In this document: positions 10,015-19,599 of the stretch, piece after piece
Layout of the letters: each line of letters opens with the position of its first letter
How positions within the stretch are numbered: the stretch's first letter is position 1
Assembly (NCBI GenBank): GCA_026418625.1
Contig: JAOABA010000015.1
Coordinates: forward strand, 11,017 to 75,016
Source of the DNA: Candidatus Kapaibacterium sp.
GTDB taxonomy: Bacteria > Bacteroidota > Ignavibacteria > Kapaibacteriales > UBA2268
Length of the DNA stretch: 64,000 nucleotides
Direction of reading: 5' to 3'
Position numbers and translations under genes: made by a program
Notes under the pieces: model-generated
What the model was told of the DNA's origin: nothing
Database searches by the model: none
What the model saw: the letters and a program-made list of their open reading frames with translations, nothing else

Positions 10015-11310
10015 ATGAAAGTTAATTCAAAATATAGATTTGTTCCTTCGAATGGAAAAAATCAATTAAAAAATAATGAAGTAATTTATTCAAAAACTAT
10101 TCTTCCAAACGGATTGAAAATTATTTCGGAAGAAATAAAAACAGCAAGCACATTTGCACTTGGTATTTTTATTAATGCTGGTTCAAATCGTGATTACAAA
10201 AATCGTGATGGTTTAGCCCATTTCGTTGAGCATGCCTCCTTCAGAAAAACAAGAAAAATTTCAGGAAGAAAACTGAACACAGCCTTTGAATCAATCGGTG
10301 CTTATACAAACGCTTTTACCACAAAAGAAGTTACCTGCTATTATGTTAGAGCTATGCAAGAGCATTTTAAGCCTTGTGTTAGATTATTATCAGAAATAAT
10401 TCTCTATCCTGTTTATCTCGATAAAGACATTGAAAAAGAGAGAGCCATAATAATGGAAGAGATTAAATCCTATGAAGATGAGCCTGAAGAAGTCATTTTT
10501 GATTATGGAGACATAACATTATTCGACAAGCACCCTTTATCTCATCCTATTGTTGGAAATCAGAAATCAGTCAAACAAATTCTTTCAATTGATATACAAA
10601 ATTTTCATAATCAGTTTTATTCACCCAATAACATAGTCATTTCTTATGCCGGACCGCTTGAACATAATAAATTAGTGGATATAGTGTGGCAGTTCTTTTA
10701 TAATTCACCCAAAAACGAAAACGACTTTACCGAAATTTTAGATTTCTCTAATTTAGGGAAAGAGCCCACCACAAGAATATACAAAAAAAGGTTTAACCAA
10801 ACTCATTTACTTTTGAATAGAGCAGTTGAAGGAATGAATTCAAATGACCGGTATAAAATTTCAGCCCTCAACTTCATTCTTGGCGAAGGATTAAGCTCAC
10901 GTTTGCATAAAAAACTGAGAGAAGATAAAAGCTTGGTTTATACTGTTTACTCATCTCTTCAGCTTTTTAAAACTATTGGTTCTCTATCAATTTATGCTGC
11001 TGGAGAGAAAAATAAATATGAGGAAATAAAATCTAACATCGAAAATGAGCTTAATAATTTAGCTGAAAATGGCATTACCAAACTTGAATTGAAAATTGCC
11101 AAAGAACAACTAAAATCGAATACCATTATGGCATTGGAAAGCCTTTCAGCCAGAATACAAAATCTCGCTAAATCCGAATTGACTCTTGGAAGAAATGAGT
11201 CTATTAAAGAAATTATTGATAATATAGACTCAATAACACAAGATGAATTAAATTATCTTTCAAATATCTATTTTCATCCGGAAAAATGGAATAAAATAAT
11301 TTTTATTTGA
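10015..11310 (+). CDS. M16-family (pitrilysin/insulinase-like) zinc peptidase.
   Basis: Inverted zinc motif HFVEHASF (HxxEH) with downstream glutamates. Length is typical of an M16 subunit. Starts 12 nt after ftsY. Confidence 0.8.
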   Translation: MKVNSKYRFVPSNGKNQLKNNEVIYSKTILPNGLKIISEEIKTASTFALGIFINAGSNRDYKNRDGLAHFVEHASFRKTRKISGRKLNTAFESIGAYTNAFTTKEVTCYYVRAMQEHFKPCVRLLSEIILYPVYLDKDIEKERAIIMEEIKSYEDEPEEVIFDYGDITLFDKHPLSHPIVGNQKSVKQILSIDIQNFHNQFYSPNNIVISYAGPLEHNKLVDIVWQFFYNSPKNENDFTEILDFSNLGKEPTTRIYKKRFNQTHLLLNRAVEGMNSNDRYKISALNFILGEGLSSRLHKKLREDKSLVYTVYSSLQLFKTIGSLSIYAAGEKNKYEEIKSNIENELNNLAENGITKLELKIAKEQLKSNTIMALESLSARIQNLAKSELTLGRNESIKEIIDNIDSITQDELNYLSNIYFHPEKWNKIIFI

Positions 11311-11353
11311 TTTTTTTTGTTATTTTGCTATAAAAATAATTAATGAGGGAAAA

Positions 11354-11944
11354 ATGAATGTTGTCTTGGTTATTATTGTTATGCTTTTTTTATTTATTTC
11401 TTGCAACAATGAAAAAGAAGATAGCATTGAATTAACGCCAGATGAAGCAAAAGAGTATTTAGATTTGGGTGAGGCAATTGTTAAAGAATCTTTTGATAGT
11501 TTGCAGACTAATATTATCCGTGCTATCAAGGAAACAGGAATTAAGGGAGCTTTAAAATACTGCAGTTTGAATGCTCATCCTATTATCTATCATCTTGAAA
11601 AGAAAAAGAATGTTAAAATTCGCAGAGCCAGTCAGAAATTTCGTAACCCAGCCAATCAACCTGATAGTATGGAAAATTCTATAATAGATATCTATGCTGA
11701 TTTGTTGAGTAAGGGAGAAAAAACAGAACCAATAATTAGAACTGTTAAAAAAGAGATTCATTACTTTAAACCTATCATTGTAAAAGATTTATGCCTTAAT
11801 TGTCACGGCAAAGTTGGTGAAGAAATAACAGAGGAAAACTATAAAGTCATTACGGAGTTATATCCTTTGGATAATGCAACGGGTTACAAACAAGGAGATT
11901 TGAGAGGGATTTGGCACATTGTTGCTAAATACACCAAAAAATAA
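11354..11944 (+). CDS. Small secreted DUF3365-like protein with a CxxCH heme c binding motif.
   Basis: N-terminal signal or lipoprotein-like sequence (LFLFISCNN). CLNCHG motif near the C-terminus. Overall resemblance to the Tll0287/DUF3365 sensor fold, judged by eye. Confidence 0.5.
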   Translation: MNVVLVIIVMLFLFISCNNEKEDSIELTPDEAKEYLDLGEAIVKESFDSLQTNIIRAIKETGIKGALKYCSLNAHPIIYHLEKKKNVKIRRASQKFRNPANQPDSMENSIIDIYADLLSKGEKTEPIIRTVKKEIHYFKPIIVKDLCLNCHGKVGEEITEENYKVITELYPLDNATGYKQGDLRGIWHIVAKYTKK

Positions 11945-13171
11945 CTACTTAAACCTTATCGCTTGGATTGTATTTATTTTGGTTGCTATATATGAGGGAA
12001 TTAACGTTGATATTAGTGCTAATGTTAAAGAAATGATTATTACTGTAATATAATGCCAAATGTCAATGCTAACTGGTAAGGTGTCAAGAAAATAAACTTC
12101 ACCACGTAAATTAATCAAACCAAAATTTTTTTGTAAAAAAGTGAATAATAGTGCGAGAGAACAACCAATAAGATTGCCAATAACTGCTATTGATAAGCCC
12201 TGAAAAATAAAAATTTTAATAATATCTTTCGAAGTAACACCCAATGCTCTGAGAATGCCTATTGAGCGAGTTTTCTCCACTACAGTTATCAGAAGTATAG
12301 TAAGAATATTTGAAACAGCAACTAAACTGATTAATCCCAGCACAATAGGTATAGGGTCTTTTTGTAGTTCAATCCAAGCAAAAGCTGAACTGTTCATTTC
12401 GAAGACTGTTAATGTGTAATATTTGTATCCTATCACAGATTGAATTTTTTCAGATAGAGATTGCACAAGATTCAAGTCGCTTACCATTATTTCCAAAGAT
12501 GTCGCACTATTTTCAGGGATTTGAAAAACTCTATATGCTGTAAAAAAAGGGATGAAAACTATTGCATCATCATATTTAGCAAAACCTGTTTGATAAATTC
12601 CGATTATTTTAAATTTATCAATATCAGGATAGGCGAGGTTTCCAGCGGGTGATTCTCTCATCGAATAAAGAATCAAATTATCACCAATTGATACATTCAA
12701 CTTCTCCGACATTCTTTTGCTAATAACAATTTCTTTAGAAAATTTATCAGAAAATTCAAAAGTCCCCTTAATTAAGTTGGATTTAATATTAGTAATGTCA
12801 TTTTTTGAATCATATCCTTTAATCAGAACTGCTTCCAAAGTATTTTTTGATTTAAGTAAGCCTTGCCTTTCGATAGATGGATGTAGTGAGCTAATTCCGT
12901 GAATGAATCTTCTTAAATTATTAATTATCTCAGGTGTGTTATTAATAATTTTTCTTTCGAATGCATTAACAGTAATATGCGAGTTAAACTTGACAGCATT
13001 TTCAAATAATGCTTTTTCAAATCCTTGCAACACTGACAAAGAAATTATCAAAGCCATTGAGCCCAAAGTAATGCTAATAAGGGCAACAACTCTAACAAAT
13101 CCCAAAAAAGACCTATCTTCTGCTGGCTTAGATAACCTTTTTGAAATAAACTTATAAACTTTAAAATCCAT
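11945..13171 (-). CDS. FtsX-family ABC transporter permease of the LolC/E-MacB type.
   Basis: One N-terminal transmembrane helix, a large periplasmic domain, and three C-terminal helices with the FtsX signature (GILRALG...). No ATPase gene sits next to it. Confidence 0.75.
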   Translation of the reverse strand: MDFKVYKFISKRLSKPAEDRSFLGFVRVVALISITLGSMALIISLSVLQGFEKALFENAVKFNSHITVNAFERKIINNTPEIINNLRRFIHGISSLHPSIERQGLLKSKNTLEAVLIKGYDSKNDITNIKSNLIKGTFEFSDKFSKEIVISKRMSEKLNVSIGDNLILYSMRESPAGNLAYPDIDKFKIIGIYQTGFAKYDDAIVFIPFFTAYRVFQIPENSATSLEIMVSDLNLVQSLSEKIQSVIGYKYYTLTVFEMNSSAFAWIELQKDPIPIVLGLISLVAVSNILTILLITVVEKTRSIGILRALGVTSKDIIKIFIFQGLSIAVIGNLIGCSLALLFTFLQKNFGLINLRGEVYFLDTLPVSIDIWHYITVIIISLTLALISTLIPSYIATKINTIQAIRFK

Positions 13172-13324
13172 AAGTGCAAATTAATAATTCAAAACAAAAA
13201 TTTATACGACCAGAAAAAAATTATTAATTTAGTATTTTAAATGGGTTTAACATCAATATTTATCAATTAAAAACGTAAAATAAGTTTTTATTTTTCAAAA
13301 AATTTAATCTTATTCGAGGTAAAA

Positions 13325-15214
13325 ATGCGCAAATGGCGTATTGAAGACTCTATAGAGCTTTATAACATCAATGGATGGGGACAAAACTACTTTTCAATTA
13401 ACGAAAAAGGAAATGTTGTTGTTACTCCATCATCAAATGGTGTTCAAATTGATTTAAAAGAACTCATTGACGAACTACTCATCAGAGATGTCTCCTTGCC
13501 AGTTCTTTTAAGATTTCCAGATATATTAGATAATAGAATTGAAACAATATCCAGCTGCTTCGATAAAGCTTCGCAGGAATATGGTTTCAAGGGTAGTTAT
13601 TTTAATATTTATCCTATCAAAGTCAATCAGGTTCGTCCCGTTGTCGAAGAGATTATGCGGTATGGGAAGAAGTTTAATATCGGTTTGGAAGCTGGCTCGA
13701 AACCAGAGTTACACGCCGTTTTGGCAATCACTCAAAATCCCGAAGCTTTAATAATTTGTAATGGCTATAAAGACGAAAGTTTTATTGAACTGGCTTTGTT
13801 AGCTCAAAAAATGGGCAAAAGAATTTATCTTGTTGTCGAAAAGCTAAATGAACTCAAACAAATAATTAATATCTCGAAAAGATTAAAAGTTAAACCAAAT
13901 ATCGGTATAAGAATCAAACTCGCAAGTTCAGGAAGCGGAAAATGGGAGGAGTCTGGTGGCGACCAAAGCAAATTCGGTTTGAATGCAAGTGAACTCATTG
14001 AAGCCATTGAAATAGCAAAGAACAATAAAATATTAGACTTAATAAAATTGATACATTTTCATTTAGGCAGTCAAATTACAAATATTCGAAAAATAAAAAA
14101 TGCCTTGCGTGAATGTGCTCAGTTTTATGTTCAAATGAAAAAGCTTGGTTGTGGTGTTGAATTTGTTGATATTGGCGGTGGACTTGGAGTTGATTACGAC
14201 GGAACAAGGTCCTTTTCTCCAAGCAGTATTAATTATTCGATACAAGAATATGTTAATGACGCAATTTATATGCTGCAGGACGCAAGCGATAAGAATAATC
14301 TGCCCCATCCAAATATAATCACTGAATCTGGTAGATCACTTACAGCCCATCATTCTGTCCTCGTCTTTGATGTTTTGGAAACCACAAATATTCCGGAATG
14401 GGACTATAATTATAAGATAACCGATAATGACCACGAAAACGTAAAGGAACTTTATTCTCTGCTTGAAAAATTAACACATACTACTATGTTTGAAACTTGG
14501 CACGATGCCCAACAAATCAGAGAAGACTCACTTGATTTATTTAGCCTTGGAATGATTGATTTAAAGACACGTGCTTTGATTGAAAGACTATTTTGGAGCA
14601 TAGCAAGGGAAGTTTATCAATTAAGTCTTGAATTGAAACATCAACCAGAAGAATATCGCCCTCTATCAAAAATGTTAGCAGATAAATATTTCTGTAATTT
14701 TTCTCTATTTCAATCACTGCCTGACTCTTGGGCAATTGACCAAATATTCCCGATTATGCCGATTCACCGCTTAAACGAAAAACCAACAAGAGTAGGAACC
14801 ATTCAGGATATCACTTGTGATTCCGATGGAAAAATTGATAATTTCATTGGAAGCCGAAACTACTCACACTATCTTCCTTTGCACGAGTTTAAAGAAAGTG
14901 ACCCTTATTACATCGGCGTCTTTCTTGTTGGAGCGTATCAGGAGATTCTTGGCGATTTGCATAATTTATTCGGTGATACTAATGCAGTTCATATTGTTGT
15001 TGAAGACGATGAATATAAGATTAAACAAATAATTGATGGTGAGACTGTTGCTGAAGTCCTTGACTACGTTCAATATAATGCTAAATCTCTGGTTAGAACT
15101 ATGGAGACTTGGGTTACTGCATCAGTTAAGCAAGGAAAAATTACTGCCGAAGAAGGAAAAGAATTCCTTTCCAATTACCGCTCTGGTCTCTATGGATACA
15201 CATATTTGGAGTAA
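13325..15214 (+). CDS. speA: Biosynthetic arginine decarboxylase.
   Basis: Full-length similarity to SpeA: MRKWRIEDSIELYNINGWG..., the PLP-fold region HFHLGSQI, and C-terminal blocks. Confidence 0.9.
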   Translation: MRKWRIEDSIELYNINGWGQNYFSINEKGNVVVTPSSNGVQIDLKELIDELLIRDVSLPVLLRFPDILDNRIETISSCFDKASQEYGFKGSYFNIYPIKVNQVRPVVEEIMRYGKKFNIGLEAGSKPELHAVLAITQNPEALIICNGYKDESFIELALLAQKMGKRIYLVVEKLNELKQIINISKRLKVKPNIGIRIKLASSGSGKWEESGGDQSKFGLNASELIEAIEIAKNNKILDLIKLIHFHLGSQITNIRKIKNALRECAQFYVQMKKLGCGVEFVDIGGGLGVDYDGTRSFSPSSINYSIQEYVNDAIYMLQDASDKNNLPHPNIITESGRSLTAHHSVLVFDVLETTNIPEWDYNYKITDNDHENVKELYSLLEKLTHTTMFETWHDAQQIREDSLDLFSLGMIDLKTRALIERLFWSIAREVYQLSLELKHQPEEYRPLSKMLADKYFCNFSLFQSLPDSWAIDQIFPIMPIHRLNEKPTRVGTIQDITCDSDGKIDNFIGSRNYSHYLPLHEFKESDPYYIGVFLVGAYQEILGDLHNLFGDTNAVHIVVEDDEYKIKQIIDGETVAEVLDYVQYNAKSLVRTMETWVTASVKQGKITAEEGKEFLSNYRSGLYGYTYLE

Positions 15215-15217
15215 GCG

Positions 15218-15412
15218 ATGTTGAATAAAATGGACAATCATTCTAAAGCAATCCTTTACGTTGGTATCGGAAACTTTATAGCATTTTTACTTTTTTTAAT
15301 CGCTTATTTCATCACAAAGGAAATGTGGTATTTAATTGCTGCAATAATAAATTTATTAACCATTTTTGTCGTTTTTATGTTAATAAAAACAATGCAAAAT
15401 AAAATAAAGTGA
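15218..15412 (+). CDS. Small hypothetical membrane protein with two predicted transmembrane helices.
   Basis: A 64-aa ORF starting 4 nt after the speA stop, with two hydrophobic segments. No recognisable family. Confidence 0.35.
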   Translation: MLNKMDNHSKAILYVGIGNFIAFLLFLIAYFITKEMWYLIAAIINLLTIFVVFMLIKTMQNKIK

Positions 15413-15419
15413 TACTTTT

Positions 15420-16658
15420 ATGAATTATAATGAAAATGAAGATTTTTTACTGCCAAAATTAAGAGAAGACTTGGCTTTTGAGGTAATCGAAAATCAGGAT
15501 GATAAACAAATTATTCTGTATGACCCTAATGGATATGCTAAACAACCAATTCAAATTCCAATATCTCTAATTCCATTATTACAAATGCTTGATGGCTCCT
15601 TTAGAAAAAGCGACATTATTAGAGCTTTAAAGGATGAAAATGATAACCAAATAGAAGAACTAATTGAACCAATTTTTAATTTAGTTTATTTTCTTGATCA
15701 ACTTGGGTTTCTTGAAACAGAAACATATTATAATTTAAAAAATAGCTTGGATGAATACTTAAACTCACCAGTCAGAAAGCCAGTTTGTGCGGGAAATACT
15801 TATAGCGACGATCCTAATCATTTAAGGGCTCAACTAAGAGCATTAATGAACACTCGAAATTCTGATAATATCAGGACAGGTGCAAAAATGATTATTGTGC
15901 CGCATATTGATTTCAGAGTTGGAATTGGTGCTTTAAAAACCTACGCTGCTGCTTATCATTCTATCAAAAATGAAAATCCCGAATTGATTGTGATTTTTGG
16001 AACTTCGCATTATGCATCAAGTGATTATTTTATGTTTACTCGCAAAAATTTTGAAACTCCTCTTGGAGTCGTTCAAACTGACAATGATGTGATTGAAAAA
16101 TTAATTGAACTTAGTAATGGAAATATCAAAATTGACGATTTAGCTCACAAAGATGAGCATTCCATTGAACTTCAACTTGTTATTTTGCAATATCTTTTTG
16201 GTGATAAATTTAAAATTCTGCCAGTTCTTGTTGGTTCTTTTCATAATTTTATCTATAGCGCCTCACTTCCGAAAGATGATGAGCATTTCAATAATCTCAT
16301 TAACTATTTAAAAGAAGCCATTGAAAAAACCGGCAAGAAGACTATTTTCGTAGCAAGCGTTGATTTCGCTCATATCGGTCGAAAATTTGGAGATGATTTC
16401 GATGCTGCACCTGAACTTGAAATTTTAAAAGAGGAAGACAAAGTGCTTATTAATCATTTAATTCACTTTGAAACTGACGAATTTTTTAAAACTGTGGCTA
16501 AAAATAAAGATCAAAGAAAAATATGTGGGCTATCTCCAATTTATTCCATTATGCAGATGAACAAATTGAAAGAAGGAAAATTCTTGGAATACAGTCAATG
16601 GAATGAAACTGAAACAAAATCTGCTGTTTCTTTTGCCAGTCTTGCTTTTTATGAATAA
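15420..16658 (+). CDS. MEMO1-family (AmmeMemoRadiSam system B-like) protein with a ~130-aa N-terminal extension that resembles a PqqD/RRE peptide-binding domain.
   Basis: MEMO blocks VPHIDFRVG, GTSHYA, DEHSIELQLVILQYLF and DFAHIG. The N-terminal region has an LLQMLDGSFRKSDIIRALKDE...FLDQLGFLE pattern typical of PqqD-like domains. Confidence 0.6.
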   Translation: MNYNENEDFLLPKLREDLAFEVIENQDDKQIILYDPNGYAKQPIQIPISLIPLLQMLDGSFRKSDIIRALKDENDNQIEELIEPIFNLVYFLDQLGFLETETYYNLKNSLDEYLNSPVRKPVCAGNTYSDDPNHLRAQLRALMNTRNSDNIRTGAKMIIVPHIDFRVGIGALKTYAAAYHSIKNENPELIVIFGTSHYASSDYFMFTRKNFETPLGVVQTDNDVIEKLIELSNGNIKIDDLAHKDEHSIELQLVILQYLFGDKFKILPVLVGSFHNFIYSASLPKDDEHFNNLINYLKEAIEKTGKKTIFVASVDFAHIGRKFGDDFDAAPELEILKEEDKVLINHLIHFETDEFFKTVAKNKDQRKICGLSPIYSIMQMNKLKEGKFLEYSQWNETETKSAVSFASLAFYE

Positions 16659-16668
16659 ATATTGAAAA

Positions 16669-18015
16669 CTACTTTGCTACAATCACAATTTCGGTTCTTC
16701 GATTGAGGCGTCGCCCAAATTCCGTATCATTATCAGCGATAGGTTTTCTTTTTCCATAACCAGTAGTTTGAATTCTGTTTGCTTTTATACCTTTTTTGAG
16801 CAGGTAACGTTTAACGCTCTCAGCTCTTTCGAGCGAAAGTCTGTCATTAAGAGCGTGGCTGCCTCTGTTATCAGTATGACCTTCTACTAATATTACCACA
16901 CTCGGTTTATTCTTCATAAATTCAGTAAGAACTTCTAATTCTGGCACTGAATCAGATAAAGCTGCGCTATTTGTTTCGTAAAGCAAGTTCTCAATAATCA
17001 ATTTTCTTCCAAGTTCAACTATTGGAATTGTCTTTCGAACAAGTTCCTTTCTTTTCTCATTAAGCAGTGCAATATTGATAGAATCAGGTATTGCTGGTTT
17101 GGAAGTTTTGTATTTTATAGCATAAAGATTTGTTAATTGAGAAGAGAAATTATCCAAAATGGTTGAAAATGGATAGTCAATATCATAATTCCTGCCTCTT
17201 GTTTTTTCTGAAATAAGCTTATAATCCTTTAGTTTTGGGGGCGTTATTGTAAAAATTCTGTAATCATTATTGACCATCTCTTTGATAATAGCCGAGGTTG
17301 TATAAAAAGTTTGTCCATCACCCTTTTCACCTGCTTGATGATATGGAGCGTCGGTTATCAATATACCAACCCTATTAGCAGCAGGTCTGAATTGTATATT
17401 TCTTAATTCTCTCAAAGCCTCCAAAGCATTTTCTTTCTCATCTCCACCTCCAGATGCCCTAACAGGGTTTAACCAAGATAGAAATGTAACCACATTATCA
17501 GTCAGTTGAAAAGTTTTTTCAACGTAATCAGAAAAAAGAATAAGTCCCAAACGATAATCTATCCCACGCCTTATTAGATTTGTAGCAAAATTTGAAATAT
17601 AGTTTTTTACAGCATCAATATGCTTCTGCATTGAACCGGTGATATCAATAATAAAAACAAAATCAACTGGCACTCTCTCGTTGACTGATATTTTTTCGAC
17701 AGATAAAATTTCTTTCTCTTCGTTATTTTCCATCACCTTAAGACTTCGTGGGTAAAGTGTATCCAATGGTTCGCCGGTTTTATTATATGCTTCGACAATT
17801 ATTTTTACTATGGGAAATCGGGCAATGTCAACGTTGCGTATTGTAATTTCAACATTTGATTCTTTATATTTCACCGTTGCCTCTTGTAAAAGTTGCTTTG
17901 CTTTTGCAATAGAGTCCTCGGGTGTTGTTTGAATTGGTTCTTTAGATAATAAATTTAAATTAAAAAATAATATCAAAATAAAAATTAGGATAATATTTGT
18001 TTTTCTTAAATACAT
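16669..18015 (-). CDS. Periplasmic protein combining a von Willebrand factor A (vWA) domain with a C-terminal OmpA-like peptidoglycan-binding domain.
   Basis: Signal peptide. vWA MIDAS motif DFVFIIDITGSM. OmpA_C signature VVILVEGHTDNRGSHALNDRLSLERAESVKRYL...RRTEIVI. Confidence 0.8.
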   Translation of the reverse strand: MYLRKTNIILIFILILFFNLNLLSKEPIQTTPEDSIAKAKQLLQEATVKYKESNVEITIRNVDIARFPIVKIIVEAYNKTGEPLDTLYPRSLKVMENNEEKEILSVEKISVNERVPVDFVFIIDITGSMQKHIDAVKNYISNFATNLIRRGIDYRLGLILFSDYVEKTFQLTDNVVTFLSWLNPVRASGGGDEKENALEALRELRNIQFRPAANRVGILITDAPYHQAGEKGDGQTFYTTSAIIKEMVNNDYRIFTITPPKLKDYKLISEKTRGRNYDIDYPFSTILDNFSSQLTNLYAIKYKTSKPAIPDSINIALLNEKRKELVRKTIPIVELGRKLIIENLLYETNSAALSDSVPELEVLTEFMKNKPSVVILVEGHTDNRGSHALNDRLSLERAESVKRYLLKKGIKANRIQTTGYGKRKPIADNDTEFGRRLNRRTEIVIVAK

Positions 18016-18057
18016 TTTTTATAACGATTTAATTATGAAAGAAAATTAATATTTTTA

Positions 18058-18096
18058 ATAAATGAAAACCCTCTGAGTAATTAAATTATCAGAGGG
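18058..18096 (-). terminator. Hairpin between the 481-aa gene and the vWA-OmpA gene. It could act as a minus-strand terminator or attenuator.
   Basis: ccctctga (18069-18076) pairs with tcagaggg (18089-18096). On the minus strand the hairpin is followed by ttttcatttatt. Confidence 0.4.
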
Positions 18097-18126
18097 CAAT
18101 CTTACATATTCTACATTATTCTTATA

Positions 18127-19572
18127 TTATATTGTCAATCTTAAAACTGGTGAAATCATAAAGAAATTCTTTGTTTCATAAGGTCTCAAACCTCTTAAAG
18201 GTGTTGAATGCTTGCCCTCGAGATAGAGCCAATTACCAAACAAAGGTATATAAATTCTACTTAATAATATCTGATTGGAATACTGCATACTAAAGCCAAA
18301 GGGCCAAGTTGATTGACTTCTGTATTCAGCTTTGAGAAAAACCCAATCTCCAAATTCGTTTGGTTTATAAGTATTTAGTCCTGTTAACCCATAAGGAGTC
18401 AAAAACTTATCATTATATAAACCAACTTCTCTGACCTCTGAATAAGAAATACCAACATCAAATCTAATATAATGCTCTGGATTTGGTTTGTGTTTATCAA
18501 TCCACCAGTTGTAAAATACAGTAGCTTGCCCAGTTGAACGAAGTAGTGGAACTATTCCATCAAGTCTTCCTTTTTCTTCACCTTCCCATAGAACATCATC
18601 TCTGACAGGGGTAAAACCATAATCACCGGGTTTAATAATTTCATCTTGCATCTCTCTTAACACAATTTCTGTATTAATATGGACTCCAACCAAAGGATAA
18701 AAAGGCATATAAAAATCTAAGCCGGCAACTAATTTTCCACCCGGTCCCTGATTCAGAACTCTTGAAGAAACCCAATTAAGTATTGTTCCCTTATTGTCAA
18801 TTCCACCTGTAATCCTATAAGCACCGCCTAAATAAGCATCAATCAAAAATGGAATACCTTTGCTTGTGGCTGGATCGTAATTAACATAAAGTGGTCGTTT
18901 CAATACTACTTTTGATTCTCCTGCTGACCAGAAAGGATAACCAATATCATCGGTCCCAATCATATTTTTCAGCCAAAAGCCTGTTTCCCCAATTTTCAAA
19001 GCCTGATCAAAAAGGGATAGCGTAAATGCGTGATCAACATTTGTTGGGTATAGATAGCTAACTATAGTTGCTGCCTGAGTTTCTGTTACAGGAATCTCTG
19101 GTGGAATATCCTGATAACAGTAATCTCGTTTAAAATCATTTTTACCTTTTTTATAACTTGCAAATGCATATGACCCATTCAACATATTTATTAAATTCAC
19201 ACCTAAATTTGCATCCATTTCGGAAGAATTCATACTGACTTTTCCACAGGAAATCAGTAATAATTCATAAGGATTGGATTCAGGATATGGATTAGGCGCT
19301 GATAGTATTTCTATCTCTGACATATTTAATAACTTTTCATTATAACCTAAGAGTTGAAAAGCTCGATAGATTTGAATTTGCAAATCAGTTTCACAAACTC
19401 TCCACCTTGGAAAATACTTTCTGATTTCAGGGTCAATTGTTGTTAATGAATCAATTATGGCTTTTCTGTCAAATGATTGAGCTTTTGAAAAACTTACAAA
19501 TGACAATAATAACAAAACTAAAAATAATATCTTTTTCATATTTATATGCCTGTTAATCCTTTGAATTTTCAT
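18127..19572 (-). CDS. Hypothetical secreted protein, probably in the outer membrane.
   Basis: Signal peptide (KKILFLVLLLLSFVSFSKAQS). Rich in aromatic and Gly residues. No recognisable family. Tightly linked to its neighbours. Confidence 0.5.
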   Translation of the reverse strand: MKIQRINRHINMKKILFLVLLLLSFVSFSKAQSFDRKAIIDSLTTIDPEIRKYFPRWRVCETDLQIQIYRAFQLLGYNEKLLNMSEIEILSAPNPYPESNPYELLLISCGKVSMNSSEMDANLGVNLINMLNGSYAFASYKKGKNDFKRDYCYQDIPPEIPVTETQAATIVSYLYPTNVDHAFTLSLFDQALKIGETGFWLKNMIGTDDIGYPFWSAGESKVVLKRPLYVNYDPATSKGIPFLIDAYLGGAYRITGGIDNKGTILNWVSSRVLNQGPGGKLVAGLDFYMPFYPLVGVHINTEIVLREMQDEIIKPGDYGFTPVRDDVLWEGEEKGRLDGIVPLLRSTGQATVFYNWWIDKHKPNPEHYIRFDVGISYSEVREVGLYNDKFLTPYGLTGLNTYKPNEFGDWVFLKAEYRSQSTWPFGFSMQYSNQILLSRIYIPLFGNWLYLEGKHSTPLRGLRPYETKNFFMISPVLRLTI

Positions 19573-19599
19573 TGTTTTAGCTCTTTAATTGTGGTCAAT

